Source of the DNA: Octopus vulgaris
Lineage: Eukaryota
Assembly: GCA_951406725.2 (NCBI GenBank)
Contig: OX597827.1
Coordinates: forward strand, 6,820,001 to 6,884,000
Direction: 5' to 3'
DNA: 64,000 nucleotides
The position numbers were made by a program, and so were the translations under genes. Positions 10,760 to 23,636 of the stretch are shown piece by piece. Within the stretch, counting starts at the first letter, position 1; each line of letters opens with the position of its first letter. The notes below the pieces were generated by a model. That model was not told where the DNA came from. It ran no database searches and was given only the letters and a program-made list of their open reading frames with translations.

Positions 10760-11405
10760 GATACAAAAGAGTAGAAAAGAAAGAGAAGAAAGAAAAGAGA
10801 GAGAGGCAGAGGAGGGAAGGGAGAGAGAGTAGAAGATAGAGGAAGAGGGGAGTAAGAGAAAAGGGAGGAGGGATGAGAGAGAAGGAGTGTAGAAAATAGT
10901 GAAAGTGAGGAATGAGGGAAAAAGAATGTTAAGATGTGAGAGAGAGAGAGAGAGGGAAAGAAAGAAGGGAAGAGAGAGAGAGAGAGAGAGCAGAAGATAG
11001 TGGAGGAGAGGAGTAAGAGAACATCATCATCATCATTGTTCGACCGTGGTCGAGACAATGGAATTTACCATGCTACGCCAGACTTCACGGTCCATCATGG
11101 CATTACGGAGGTCCTGTTGCTGGATGCCTGTATCCCTGGAGATTACATCAGGGTAGGAGAGTGGGTGTTTGTTTGGTTGGGAGCTGACTCTTCTCCATAA
11201 GAGAAAAAGAAAGGCAGGATGAAAGAGAAAAAGATGGAGAGAGAGGGCGAGATGGAGAGAGAAGAAAAAAGGGAGAGAGAGATATGAAGTAAGAAAGAGA
11301 TGGAGAGAGAGGAAAAGAAAGGGTAAGAAAGAGAGAGCAGGAGATGTGGGAAGAGAAAACAGACAGAAGGAGAGATAAAGAGAGAGAGAGAGAGAGAGGG
11401 GGGAG
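10760..11405. repeat. GA-rich polypurine tract, interrupted by an RTE fragment
   Basis: Direct inspection. Confidence 0.9.
11022..11197 (-). mobile_element. Short RTE-clade LINE 3' end with 8 bp TSD
   Basis: SYPDVISRDTGIQQQDLRNAMMDREVWRSMVNSIVSTTVEQ-stop, (TGA)n tail, TAAGAGAA at 11014-11021 and 11198-11205. Confidence 0.85.
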
Positions 11406-11878
11406 TGATACTGAAACATATGTAGTTTATACAAAGCTAATTTCAATGGAAATTATTAAATATAATTTGTGAACTGTTTGTTATAATCTTTTACAAAAAA
11501 CAGCTCAGGAGTTGGCATAGTTTTTACATTATTTAGTTTGTGAGCATCAGCATTCTGAGTTCAAACCTTGCCTTGTCTAAATGTACTTCTCTTAACACTT
11601 AGGTGTGTCAAAATAACTACAGGTTATTTTTTTGTTGTTGTTGCTGTTATGGTTTAGCTTGACTGAGCAGAATTAAGATCAAAGACTCACCAGTTGTGAG
11701 TTGCCTGTCTCTAGTTTTACGCATAGTCTTTCTAAGATTATATTGATCCAACTGGCAAAATTGCCTGTTTATCTATATATCTGTCTGTCTTTCTGTCAGT
11801 TTATCAAGCAAACTATCTGTCTGTATATATCTATCTAGCTATATATATATATGTACATATATATATGTAGCTATATAT

Positions 11879-12266
11879 AGGTACAGGAGTGGCTGTGTGG
11901 TAAGTAGCTTGCTAACCAACCACATGGTTCCGGGTTCAGTCCCACTGCGTGGCATCTTGGGCAAGTGTCTTCTGCTATAGCCCCGGGCCGACCAATGCCT
12001 TGTGAGTGGATATGGTAGACGGAAACTGAAAGAAGCCTGTCGTATATGTGTATATATGTATGTGTTTGTGTGTCTGTGTTTGTCCTCCTAGGTTTGTGTG
12101 TCTGTGTTTGTCCTCCATGCAGGTGTGTTTACGTCAAAAAGAGACCGATAGAATAAGTACTGGGCTTACAAAGAATAAGTCCTGGGGTCGATTTGCTCGA
12201 CTAAAGGGCGGTGCTCCAGTATGGCCGCAGTCAAATGACTGAAACAAGTAAAAGAGTAAAAGAGAG
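11879..12266 (+). mobile_element. SINE family A (internal deletion)
   Basis: Head, body and tail match the other copies. Confidence 0.9.
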
Positions 12267-12267
12267 T

Positions 12268-12497
12268 ATCTAGAAAATTACATATAATAGAAATATCAAA
12301 ATTAAAATAACAATAATATACCGATGATTAAGTAAATTGCAAAATAATAATAAAAACGTATATATTTGGTACCAAATATATACGTTTTTGTTATAATTTT
12401 ATTTTTATTTATTATTATTATTTTGCAATTTACTTAATCATCGGTATATTATTGTTATTTTAATTTTAATATTTCTATTATCTGTAATATTCTAGAT
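12268..12497. repeat. AT-rich palindrome centred on GGTACC (12368-12373)
   Basis: Perfect 38 bp core 12352-12389; arms extend to TCTAGA on both sides; a single arm recurs at ~18705-18835. Confidence 0.9.
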
Positions 12498-12919
12498 GGT
12501 GTAATTTAATTGTTCATTTTGAATTGTCTGACAGCTAGTCAAAATGCCTTGTAGTATTATTTGTTCTGGCTGTATAGCGTCCAACCCATGCTAGCATGGA
12601 AAGCGGACACTAAACGATGATGATGATGTATGTATGCATTATGAGTTCAGATATCTCTCAGATCAATTATACCGTGCATCCTCTCGGGGTTGTAAAAATA
12701 AAATAGCAGTTCATGACAGTCTGTTGATAGAATTTGCTAGAGCTTTAAAACGCTTTGCTGTCTTGGTTCAAGGTCTTTATTTTCTGAGTGTCGAGACATA
12801 TGTAGCACACTTGTCTGCGTCTAGCAGACATAAAGGAGTTTTTCTCCCATGAAAATTCCAAGACAAGTACATAGGCCTTATCAAGTAAGTCCCCAGGGAC
12901 TTGATAGCAATAAAAAAAA

Positions 12920-13440
12920 TGTATGTGAGTATTTGTGTGTGTGTGTTTGATTGTGTGTTTGTGTGTGTGTTTGCATGTTTAACTAGATAGACAGAGAGAA
13001 ATAGATAGTTAGATACACACACACATACATACACACACACACATACATACATACATACACACATACACACATATATACATACACACATACATACATACAC
13101 TCATACATGCATGCATACATACATACGTACATACATATATACACACATACATACACACACATACATACACACACACATACATACACACATACATACATAC
13201 ACACATACATACATACACACACACACATACATACGTTCATACACACACATACATACATACATACACACACACATACACACACACATACACACGCACATAC
13301 TCACGCATACATACATACATATATACACACATACATACATACACACATACATACATACATTACTTACTTACATACATTATTTATATAAACACATACATAA
13401 TTACATTACAGACATGTATATATGTACATGTAAATGTAAA
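12920..13440. repeat. (CA)n/(CATA)n microsatellite array
   Basis: Direct inspection. Confidence 0.95.
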
Positions 13441-14037
13441 GAATTACAATAAATAAGATGAAAAATGTATTAAGTTTCTCGTATGATGGTTAAAATTAAT
13501 AGGTGTCCCAATTCTCCCAATTCTAACTGCACTGCAAAATTCAGCAGTTCAAATTGCTATTAAAGAAAGTATCAAATTCTTTAAAAGAGTATATCTTTGT
13601 GTAACTCAGTTTTCTTGCATATTATGTGTGATAAGCTAAAGTGAGTTTGTGTTAAAGAAATCATGAACAGTTTTTGATTTTTTTTCAATAAATATCTCAA
13701 AAAAGAAGACCATTGGTTCTTAGAGTGATATTATGTTTGGATTAAATCTGATCTTCATTGCATATATAAATATTGTATGTATTGTATATTTAAATATATG
13801 CATATCTGAATATATACAGATGTGTAGCATAGATATGATTTTTACTACTATTTTGATTCAATATTTGCAAGTAATATCTATGTCTATATTTGCATATGCA
13901 CGTATTTGTGTGCATGAGAGTGTATCTATGTATATGTGAATATGTATGTATATATATTTGTGTATATGTATGTATGCATATATATATATATATATATAGT
14001 GTATGTATGTATGTACGCATGTATGTATGTATGTATA

Positions 14038-14366
14038 GTGAAGGCGCATGGTTAGAGCGTCAAGCTTACGATCATGAGGTTGTAAGTTCAATTCCTGGAC
14101 CGGGCTACGTGTTGTGTTCTTGAGCAAGACACTTTATTTCACGTTGCTCCAGTTAACTCAGCTGTAGAAATGATTTGCGACGTCACTGGTGCCAAGCTGT
14201 ATCAGCCTTTGCCTTTTCCTTGGATAACATCAGTGGTGTGGAGAGGGGAGGTTGGTATGCATGGGCGACTGCTGGCCTTCCACAAACAACCCTGCTCAGA
14301 CTTTTGCCTCGGAGGGTAACTTTCTAGGTGCAATCGCATGGGCATTCATGACCAAAAAGGGTCTCC
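14038..14366 (+). mobile_element. tRNA-derived SINE family C
   Basis: tRNA-like head, body TGTGTTCTTGAGCAAGACACTTTATTTCACGTTGCTCCAG; homologous to 36883-37185; partial relatives near 15893, 20030, 46645, 61395. Confidence 0.8.
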
Positions 14367-15442
14367 TTCTCCTCATGTATATATGTATATATACATATGT
14401 ACGTATATATGTGTGTCTATACACATATATGTATATCTATTTATTGTGTACATATATAAATAATATAGATAGATACAAATAGATACTGGTATATATATGG
14501 TATACATATGTGTATATATAATATATATATATATACATACACACACACACACACATATTTATGGATTTGTACATCTATCTATTTATCTACTCATATTTAT
14601 GCTTATATCTGTGTATGTATGTGGGTGTAAATATATAAATGCATATATATATATGTATATTTATCTATATGTCTCCCAATCTCTTTCTCCTTCCCTCTCT
14701 CTCTATATTTATATACATACATACATATATACACACACATATATATGTATACACACACACATATATACAAGGAATGTAGAGCCTGAAATCCAGGAAGACT
14801 TTGTGAAACGCCAAAAGAAAATGTTTGGCAAACTGACCAATGTTTTGAAGCATAGATTTAAAATTATAGCCCAAGTAATCTGAAAGTAAGATATTATGTA
14901 TTCATTCAGGCATCCCATGTTATCAGAGTAGAACTTTTGAAAAGTCTCTTCTACTTCTTTGCCAAATCAATTCGTCTAAAGATTAAATTTAGATCAATAA
15001 CAGTAGAACTTACTAATTTTAACTTTAAGCAATAACTTTTTGTCAGAAAAGCTTACAGATGCCAAATTCACTGAAGCCTGTGTATCTTATCTATGACAGA
15101 GAAGGAGGTCTGGAATGTGTAATTGAAACACTGGCACCAAACACTTTTGTCTGTGATAGCTGCTTTAGATGAACCAAGGTAATAGTTAAGATTTACGCAA
15201 AATGTTACACACAAAATTTCTTGTACAATATTTTTTTTAATAAGTTTTATCATTCTAAGTCATTATCATCATCGCCATTATTATCATTCCTACTACTAAT
15301 GTTATTGCTTTTAAGGCAGCAAACTGGCTGAAGACTTGTGCGTTGGACAAAATACTCCTGGTCCTTTATGTTCCGAGTTCAATTTCCACCAAGGTCTACT
15401 TTTCTTTTCATCCTTTTGGGGTCAATAAAATAAGTAGCAGTT

Positions 15443-15812
15443 GACTGGCCTCCGTGCTGTGGTCACGTAACAAACACCATCCGATCGTGGCCGTCTGCCA
15501 GCCTCGTCTGGCACCTGTGTCGGTGGCACATAAAAAACACCATCCGATCGTGGCCGTTCGCCAGCCTCGTCTGGCACCTGTGTCGGTGGCACATAAAAAC
15601 ACCATCCGAGCGTGGCCGTTCGCCAGCCTCGTCTGGCGCCTGTGTCGGTGGCACATAAAATCACCCACTACACTCTCGGAGTGGTTGGCGTTAGGAAGGG
15701 CATCCAGCTGTAGAAACACTGCCAGATCTGACTGGCCTGGTGCAGCCTTCGGGCTCCCCAGACCCCAGTTGAACCGTCCAACCCATGCTAGCATGGAAAG
15801 CGGACGCTAAAC

Positions 15813-15843
<31 letters not shown>
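15443..15843 (+). mobile_element. (GAT)n-tailed RTE-type 3' end
   Basis: About four tandem ~60 bp units plus conserved 3' end and long (GAT)n. Confidence 0.85.
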
Positions 15844-15847
<4 letters not shown>

Positions 15848-16298
15848 TTGGGACTGATGTAATTGACATGACCCTTCCACACAAAATATTATTACGTGGC
15901 CGAGTGGTTTGGGTGTCGCACTCACGATCTTGAGATCACAATTTCAATTCCTAGACCAAGTGCTGTGTTGTGTCCTTGAGCAAAACACTTCCTCTCATGT
16001 TATTTTACAGTCACTTCAATGCCTGACATGTGGTACACCGTGCACCTGTTCAGACAACGTCAATTTGATGGAGGAAGTGAACCAAGGTACAGCAGGAACA
16101 TTACATCACTATAACTAAATCGTTTGTGCAGGTAGCTCAGCAAAAAAAAAAAAAAAAGAAAAGCCAAACACTTATACACTGTCTTTAATAATAACAATAA
16201 TAATAATAATAATAATAATAAAAAGCGAAACACTTATACACTGTCTTTAATAATAACAATAATAACAATAACAATAATAACAATAATAATAATAATAA

Positions 16299-16842
16299 AA
16301 TGATGCAGTACCAGCCATTGGCTCTCATGGTTTCTGATCTTAACTGATTGGAAGTGTTATCATGTACATTGTTTTGTTTTGGTATAAAAGATGGGCTACA
16401 GCAAATATTCTGCTCAATGCCACAGATTTGCTTGTCAGTTGTTTGACCTTAACCAGTTGAGCATGTCCCTTAGTGGCTGACGAAATGTGCTTCTCTGATC
16501 ATGAGCAGAAATAGTGGGGGAGCATTATAGCTGTATGTTGAAAGGAATTCTTGGAGGTTTGGATAATTCACCTTTGGAAACATGGGTGGTTCGTTCAACA
16601 TCCTTAAACAATCCTTATTCAGAGACCTTTTGAGAGTGATGGGCTACTTGACCAGGAGAAAATTCTGACTGGGCCCCACCTGCAAGGTCATGCGCTGTTT
16701 ATCTTGATATGAGATCACCATGTCACGTTGTGATGCATGTGCCTGGTGTACCCTTATCAGATGGGTAGTTATGATGGGTGTACTGGGCTTCGTATATTTT
16801 ACCCCAGTGTCACTTTGATGGCATGAACTGCTCTCTCACTCA
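16299..16842. repeat. ~540 bp complex-sequence insert between (AAT)n tracts, probably an interspersed repeat
   Basis: Sharp boundaries with (AAT)n on both sides; class not determined. Confidence 0.45.
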
Positions 16843-16868
16843 ATAATAATAATAATAATAATAAAGAA

Positions 16869-17017
16869 TATGGAGACTTGTACATCCACAAAATGTATCT
16901 TATAGTTATATACAGCATATTATAACAACCTACACGTGCAGTAGAAACATGTGTAGGTCATTATAATATGCTGTATATAACTATAAGATACGTTTTGTGG
17001 ATGTACAAGTCTCCATA
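16869..17017. repeat. Near-perfect 149 bp hairpin (MITE-like or fold-back)
   Basis: TATGGAGACTTGTACATCCACAAAA...TTTTGTGGATGTACAAGTCTCCATA; TA at both ends. Confidence 0.85.
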
Positions 17018-17477
17018 CACTTTAGTATTATTGATTTTAATGTGTGTGTGTGTATGTGTATTTCCATCGAACAAATTACACCTTCAAAATATTGGCTAAC
17101 TAGAGGCCATGGTAGAATTCTTTTATCCAGAGTACCATGCATAGTATTGAACATGAAATCACATAGTTGTAAAGTGAACTTCTTAATTGCACAACCATGC
17201 CTGCATTCAAAATAGCTTTGTTCACAGACTCTGAGATATTTTATCATCTGTTATGTATTCAGATGTTTTTTTTTTGTTTGCTTATTACAAGGCTTATGTT
17301 CAACATAATAATAATACCTCTTTAAGATATTTGAGCAGGGATCAGTTTTTCTAATAACAAATGTTTTTACAGATTCAGAATTAGCTGTGAAGGAGAGAGA
17401 GAAAAAAAAAAACTACAATAAAATATAAGCATCTGCAAGCATTGCTTTACCTTTGTTTGTTTGCGTGGTTGCTGTTT

Positions 17478-17869
17478 ATATGGATGGAAGCACTCTGTCG
17501 GTTACGACGATGAGGGTTCCGGTTGATCCGAATCGATGGAACAGCCTGCTCGAGAAATTAACGTGTAAGTGGCTGAGCACTCCACGGACACGTGCGCCCG
17601 TAACGTAGTTCTCGAGGATATTCAGTGTGACACAGAGAGTGACAAGGCCGGCCCCTTGAAATACAGGTACAACAGAAACAGGAAGTAAGAGTGAGAGAAA
17701 GTTGTGGCGAAAGAGTACAGCAGGGATCACCACCATCCCCTGCCGGAGCCTCGTGAAGCTTTAGGTGTTTTCGCTCAATAAACACTCACAACGCCCGGTC
17801 TGGGAATCGAAACCGCGATCCTACAACCGCGAGTCCGCTGCCCTAACCACTGGGCCATTGCGCCTCCAC
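17478..17869 (-). mobile_element. tRNA-derived SINE family B, tail type 1
   Basis: Head GTGGAGGCGCAATGGCCCAGTGGTTAGGGCAGCGGAC...GGTTTCGATTCC; body shared with the 24497, 58070 and 61103 copies. Confidence 0.85.
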
Positions 17870-19096
17870 ATCAGTATAATTACAGCAGTTTTAAACCACT
17901 TCAACTAAGAACTATAAAGAGAGAACAGCTTTTCTTCATATACTTTATTTTTTTTAATGTAAATACATCTAAAGTTACATTTATATGGGATTTTTTTAAT
18001 CTTTTTATTTATGCTGAAAATGTTTCAGTATATTCTAAATATTCATAGAAATTGTTTTGTTCTGTTGTTACGAAGTTAATGTTTTCATTTCTCGTCTGTA
18101 GAATCAGGATGCCTAGCTATGAAATATTGGTTGTGGGGGTATGAATGCTGTGAGCTGATTGGCTTTTAAATGCTGTTTGATGATTGGCAGAAAGGGTCTT
18201 CAAATTTTTGTCCTTTAATGACAGATGGCCTACATTCGTAAATAACTTAAGACTATATGACCTTGATATTTTTCAAATGCGATATTGGTGGAGATCATAC
18301 GGTTTATGTATACAACCATAGTGCATTTTGTATTTTCATATAAGGAATTAGAAGGGGATTGTCACTCACTCTCTCTCCCTCCCTCACTTCCCCTCTCTTT
18401 CTCTCTCTTTCATACTCTCACTCTACACACCCACACACATATATGTATGTATGTATATATGTATGTCTGTATGTGTGTGCATGTGTGTATTTATATCCTG
18501 TAACCCTGGAGAGTGTGGCTGATCATGCATTGCCAAAGCTTAGTATCATTGAAGCTGGTTTTGACAAAAGCACATTCAAAGAAATAGTATCTTTATATAA
18601 CATGTAAACACACAGGAAGGGAGAAGAGAGGAGGGGTTATTGTAACAGTTTACATACAGGGAAGTTGAGATAGAAAGTATATATATATGTATGTATATAT
18701 ATATACCAATTATATACATTTTTTTTTTTTTGCAATTTACTTAATCATCGGTATATTATTGTTATTTTAATTTTAATATTTCTATTATATGTAATTTTCT
18801 AGATGGTGTAATTTAATTGTTCATCTTGAATTGATAAAAAGTGTTTCTTTTCTAATTTTTATATATATATTATATTGTGTGAAATTTGATTTAGTATTTC
18901 TAAATTGAATTTTTCCCTGTAAGTTAGGATTAATATTCCCTCAAATAATTATTATCACATATATATATATATATGTTCATTGTGTATTTTGCATTATCGT
19001 GTAAGGAGTTGGAAGGTTTCCTTTCTTTCTCTCATCATTAGATTTTGGGGGAAAGAAGTTCATTTTTTCATCATTTTTATATTTCTTATATTTCTT

Positions 19097-19330
19097 ATTT
19101 CTTTATTGCCCACAAGGGGCTAAACATAGAGGGGACAAACAAGGACAGACAAAGGGATTAAGTCGATTAGATCGACCCCCAGTGCGTAACTGGTTCTTAA
19201 AATATCGACCCCGAAAGGATGAAAGGCAAAGTCGACCTCGGTGGAATTTGAACTCAGAACGTAACGGCAGACGAAATATAGCTACGCATTTCACCCGACG
19301 TGCTAATGATTCTGCCAGTTCGCCGCCTTC
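19097..19330 (-). mobile_element. SINE family D (central GTCGACTTTGCCTTTCATCCTTTCGGGGTCGAT block, possibly Nin/Deu-like)
   Basis: Closely similar to 29062-29290; older copies near 11500, 15311, 26600, 28090, 29590, 59841; the domain name is from memory. Confidence 0.8.
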
Positions 19331-20376
19331 AATATATTTATCTTTCTACCTTTCCGTTGTATTTTGATAAAACGCTGCTAGCCTGTAACTCAACTGTTCT
19401 CTTTTACCTGAACTTGAAATTGGTTAGCATCCTCATTGGAAAGACAATAGCTAGGCAGAAATCAGCTGATTCTGAGAGAGAAATGCACCAAGTGAGAGAG
19501 GTGAGAGGAAGGAAACAACCTAAATATTTGACTTGTATTTTATTTTATCAACCTCATTAACGTGAGGAGCAAGACCTAGCAGAATTTGTGACCAGTGTAC
19601 AATGGGCTGGGATAATTATCACAAAATGTTTGTCTCTTGCTCTAATGATTCTGATAATTGAGTAGAGAAAAAATACAAAAAATTAAATAAAAATAAAATC
19701 AAGTATCTCTTGGAGCATTCAGAAAGACCAGATACATTCCTCAAAGTTGTTGCTTATAATCATCATTAAATATGTCTCTGTTTTAAATTATTTCTATTCT
19801 TATTTCAGCATATTTTTAGAACCATCTGCTTTAAGTATAGATGCAGTCATGAATGACCATGTGTTTAAGAAATTCACTTGGAACCATATGGTTTGGAGAT
19901 TCACTCATACTGCATGGACACTGTTGGCTAGTGTCCTCAACTATAGTTGTGAGGTTGACCAATACCTTGTGAATGAAATTTAGAAGAAGCTCATCATACA
20001 CACACACATACACACACACATATATGTGTGTGGAGAGGTGCAAGGCTTAGGGTTAGAGTGTTGGACTCATGATCATAAGAATTTTGTTTCGATTCCTGGA
20101 TCGGGTGATGCATTGCATTCTTGAGCGAAACACTTCATTTCATGTTGCTCCAGTCCACTCAGCTGGCAAAAATGAGCAATCCTGCGATTGACCAGCATTA
20201 TTAACACCAAGATTTATAATATTCACCACTTAAAAGTAGATGTTGCATTAGAACACACAATACTGTGATATTTACCAATCAAGCACTGGTGTCACAAAAA
20301 ACCAATAGGCTTTTATTTCCAGCAGTTGGGTATCTACCATTGCCAAGGCCAAAAGAATCCAAAATCACACATATAA

Positions 20377-20547
20377 GACCCACTACACTCTTAGAGTGAT
20401 TGGTGTTAGCAAGGGCATCCAGCTGTAGAAACTCTGCCATATCAGATTGGAGCCTGGTGCAGCCATCTGTCTCGCCAGTCCTCAGTCAAACCATCCAACC
20501 CATGCCAGCATGGAAAGTGAATGTTAAACGATGATGATGATGATGAT
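20377..20547 (+). mobile_element. (GAT)n-tailed RTE-type 3' end, short
   Basis: CCCACTACACTC...AAGGGCATCCAGC...(GAT)n. Confidence 0.8.
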
Positions 20548-20988
20548 AAAAAATTGCATTATTTATGGGATGACTCAATATATACACACACATACATCCC
20601 CACCACACACACACATATATATATAACCGACTCACAAAGCCTTGTGAGTGGATTTTTGGTGAACAGAAACTAGAAGAAGCCTGTCATATATGTATATATT
20701 TATGTATGTATTTGTGTGCATTTGCATATAACCAGGTGTGTATTCTCCTGTTTTGACATGTGCATGTTAAGTATAAACAAAATTCATCATTGAAATATAT
20801 ATAGCATTTCCTGTTTGCATTCTTCTATGAAAGCTAGTCTGGACTGCATATTGTTCTATTGACTGGAGGAAGTTATTAGCTTACTTGGAAACGTGAAAGT
20901 TGGTAACAGGAAGGGCATCAAGCTATAGAAAGTTCTACCACAATGAAATCTTGTTTGTCTTTTGCAGGTAGATGCACACAAATATATA

Positions 20989-21367
20989 CACTTGCGTCAG
21001 AAATTAATTAGCACTTCTCAAATTTCTACATTAAATAGGTTAAATCAATTAACCTATGAGCTGTTCAAAACGTCTTACGCGATGAGAAAACTTAGTACGG
21101 TGTGATTTCGGTCCTTGCGAGGAGCTACCTATATCTATTAAACAAAGGAAGTTTGTCTGCATCCGCACTCCAAGTTGTTGTTGCACTGCTATGTCAACAT
21201 CATAAGGCTGTAGACTCTCAAACTGCTCTGCAAACAAAGTTACGTCATCGTTCTGCGCAACAGTGAACTCGCAACAAAGCAATAGTTCGAGATATGGCCA
21301 CTAGGTGACAGCACATACCTTGAGTGAAGAGCAAATCAAGGGTGCTAATTAATTTCTGACGGTAGTG
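20989..21367. mobile_element. Non-autonomous Tc1/mariner element
   Basis: TIR CACTTGCGTCAGAAATTAATTAGCAC / GTGCTAATTAATTTCTGACGGTAGTG with TA on both sides. Confidence 0.85.
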
Positions 21368-22937
21368 TATATGTGTTGATTATCCTAAAAAGAATCAATG
21401 CTCTGGATAAGATCCATAAAGAATTGCAATAATTCCATATATGAAGTGACTTTGACTGATACAACACAACCAACTTATGTCAGCATGGAAGATGATATAA
21501 AATGATGGAAATAAAATGCACATATTTATATGCAACACACACACACACACACACATTTAGCACACCACAATGTGCAGGCATATGTGTGCACACACATACA
21601 CACACACTCTCTCTCTCTCACACACACACACTCACGCATACATGTACATACATAAGCCAGAAAGGTTAAGAGATACTGACGTGTGTGTGTATGTGCACAT
21701 GTATGTGCATTGATATATATGTGTGCTTTCACATACACACACACACACACACACAAACATGCATATATTTACATATTTGTTTATTTATAAATGAGAGAGA
21801 GAAAGAGGGGGAGAAAGAAGGTGAAAGACAATTTCTATGGTGCCTTTAAAATTTATTAAATATTGTCAAGCTCTGAGTCATCACATAGAGAGTCTACCAG
21901 TCTTGCATTTTCATACTTTAAAAACCAATTTCTTCTGCCGTTACAATGTAAAAATTATAAATATTAATGAAAACTTTTCATAAACTTCATTGATTTAAAC
22001 ATCTTGGCATAATAATTTGAATTTAATATTTTTTCTGTTTAATGAACTGGCCTAAAGCAACATCTTTCCATTGGTTTGGATCTGAAAGTAAATTGAAACA
22101 GTGATGGAGTATCTTCAGTAATATTTCTTCAGTTATTGCTTTAACTAATAAAAGAAATGAAAAAATATCCTATGAAATATGTTGAAAATATATGATAGTT
22201 TCCTTATTAACTTTGAATAATTCAGCTTTTCTCCTACCATCTGAACCTTTTTTAGAAAGGAATAATTTAAATGGTGTGATACTCAAATACATCGTCTTTT
22301 ATGCTAACAGGAATAAGTTACGTCATTATCTAGTTTCCATTAATTTCTTTACAGTTGAAACATATTTGGCTTAAGGGTATGTTCTTTGTTGATAATAATC
22401 CCTAGTAGTCTTTATGTTTAACTTCTAAAAGATGTGGAATATGGTTTTATTTCTTTTTTTGTTTAGTATATTTTTTTTTTTCTATTTTCATGTACAGATT
22501 AAATATTGTATTTAATTTCTTTATGTTTCAATATGACGCTTCTGAATCTGAAAATTTTCAACTATTATTATTATTTTTATTTTCATTCTGTATTTTATAT
22601 GGGTGTTCATCTCACATATATTCTGTCAAATATTTTGATTGATTATACATTAATATTCACATCTTTGCAATATTTTGTCAAATATTATTTTTTTATTCAT
22701 CACTTATGGAAAAAGACAGAAAAAGTTGTTTCTGTTTCTATAATTAAATACATTGACAATTTGATTAATTCTTCAGTCAAAAGTATCCAGATATAAAATA
22801 TTTCTATTATGCCAAACCAAATTCTTCACAGATCATTAGCGATTTTACTCCAAAGTCATCCTTAGCTAGTAAATTGTATAATGACATTATAGTACTCTCA
22901 ACAGGATGCTGCCATTGTCAATTGATAGAATACTGTA

Positions 22938-23342
22938 TTCTCTTTACTCTTTTACTTGTTTCAGTCATTTGACTGCGGCCATGCTGGAGCACCGCCTTTA
23001 GTCGATCAAATCAACCCCAGGACTTATTCTTTGTAAGCCCAATACTTATTCTATCGGTCTCTTTTGCCGAACCACTAAGTAACGGGGACGTAAACACACC
23101 AGCATCGGTTGTCAAGCAATGCTAGGGGGACAAACACAGACACACAAACACACACATATATATATATACACATATATACGACAGGCTTCTTTCAGTTTCC
23201 ATCTACCAAATCCACTCACAAGGCATTGGTCGGCCCGAGGCTATAGCAGAAGACACTTGCCCAAGATGCCACGCAGTGGGACTGAACCTGCAACCATGTG
23301 GTTGGTAAACAAGCTACTTACCACACAGCCACTCCTGCGCCT
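22938..23342 (-). mobile_element. SINE family A, full length
   Basis: Matches family consensus end to end. Confidence 0.92.
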
Positions 23343-23417
23343 TATAGATATTGTAAATATTTTTTGGTTCTGTTTAATAGATATTACCTACTTCAGTGGC
23401 AGACTAGAGATGTTTAA

Positions 23418-23636
23418 CCTTTTAGTGTTTAAACTGGCTATATCTGGTCCAGATATTCTACATGTTTTATATTCTAACTGGCAATATCTGGCCTCTCACA
23501 CCTACCCGACAATGTCATTCTAAATATAAACAATCACAACATTGAAACCTCAAAGATATAAGATAATGCATGATTAATTCAAAACATTTGAGTGGAAAAG
23601 TATTACATTTAACAGAGTATTCTGAACACTAAAGGG
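23418..23636. mobile_element. piggyBac-type MITE
   Basis: TTAA at 23414-23417 and 23637-23640; TIR CCTTTTAGTGTTTA / TGAACACTAAAGGG; related fragment at ~42945-43030. Confidence 0.85.

Noticed and set aside
15460-15665. Regular ~60 bp repeats resembling a CRISPR array
   Set aside because: No unique spacers, eukaryotic context, internal to a retroelement 3' end
17790-17869. tRNA-like sequence (also the heads of the other SINEs)
   Set aside because: Continues into SINE body and tail; no complete cloverleaf or terminator, so not a tRNA gene
19408-19471. Possible 64 nt minus-strand exon (CTCTCAG acceptor, CAG|GTAAAA donor)
   Set aside because: No recognisable peptide or partner exon; such signals are expected by chance
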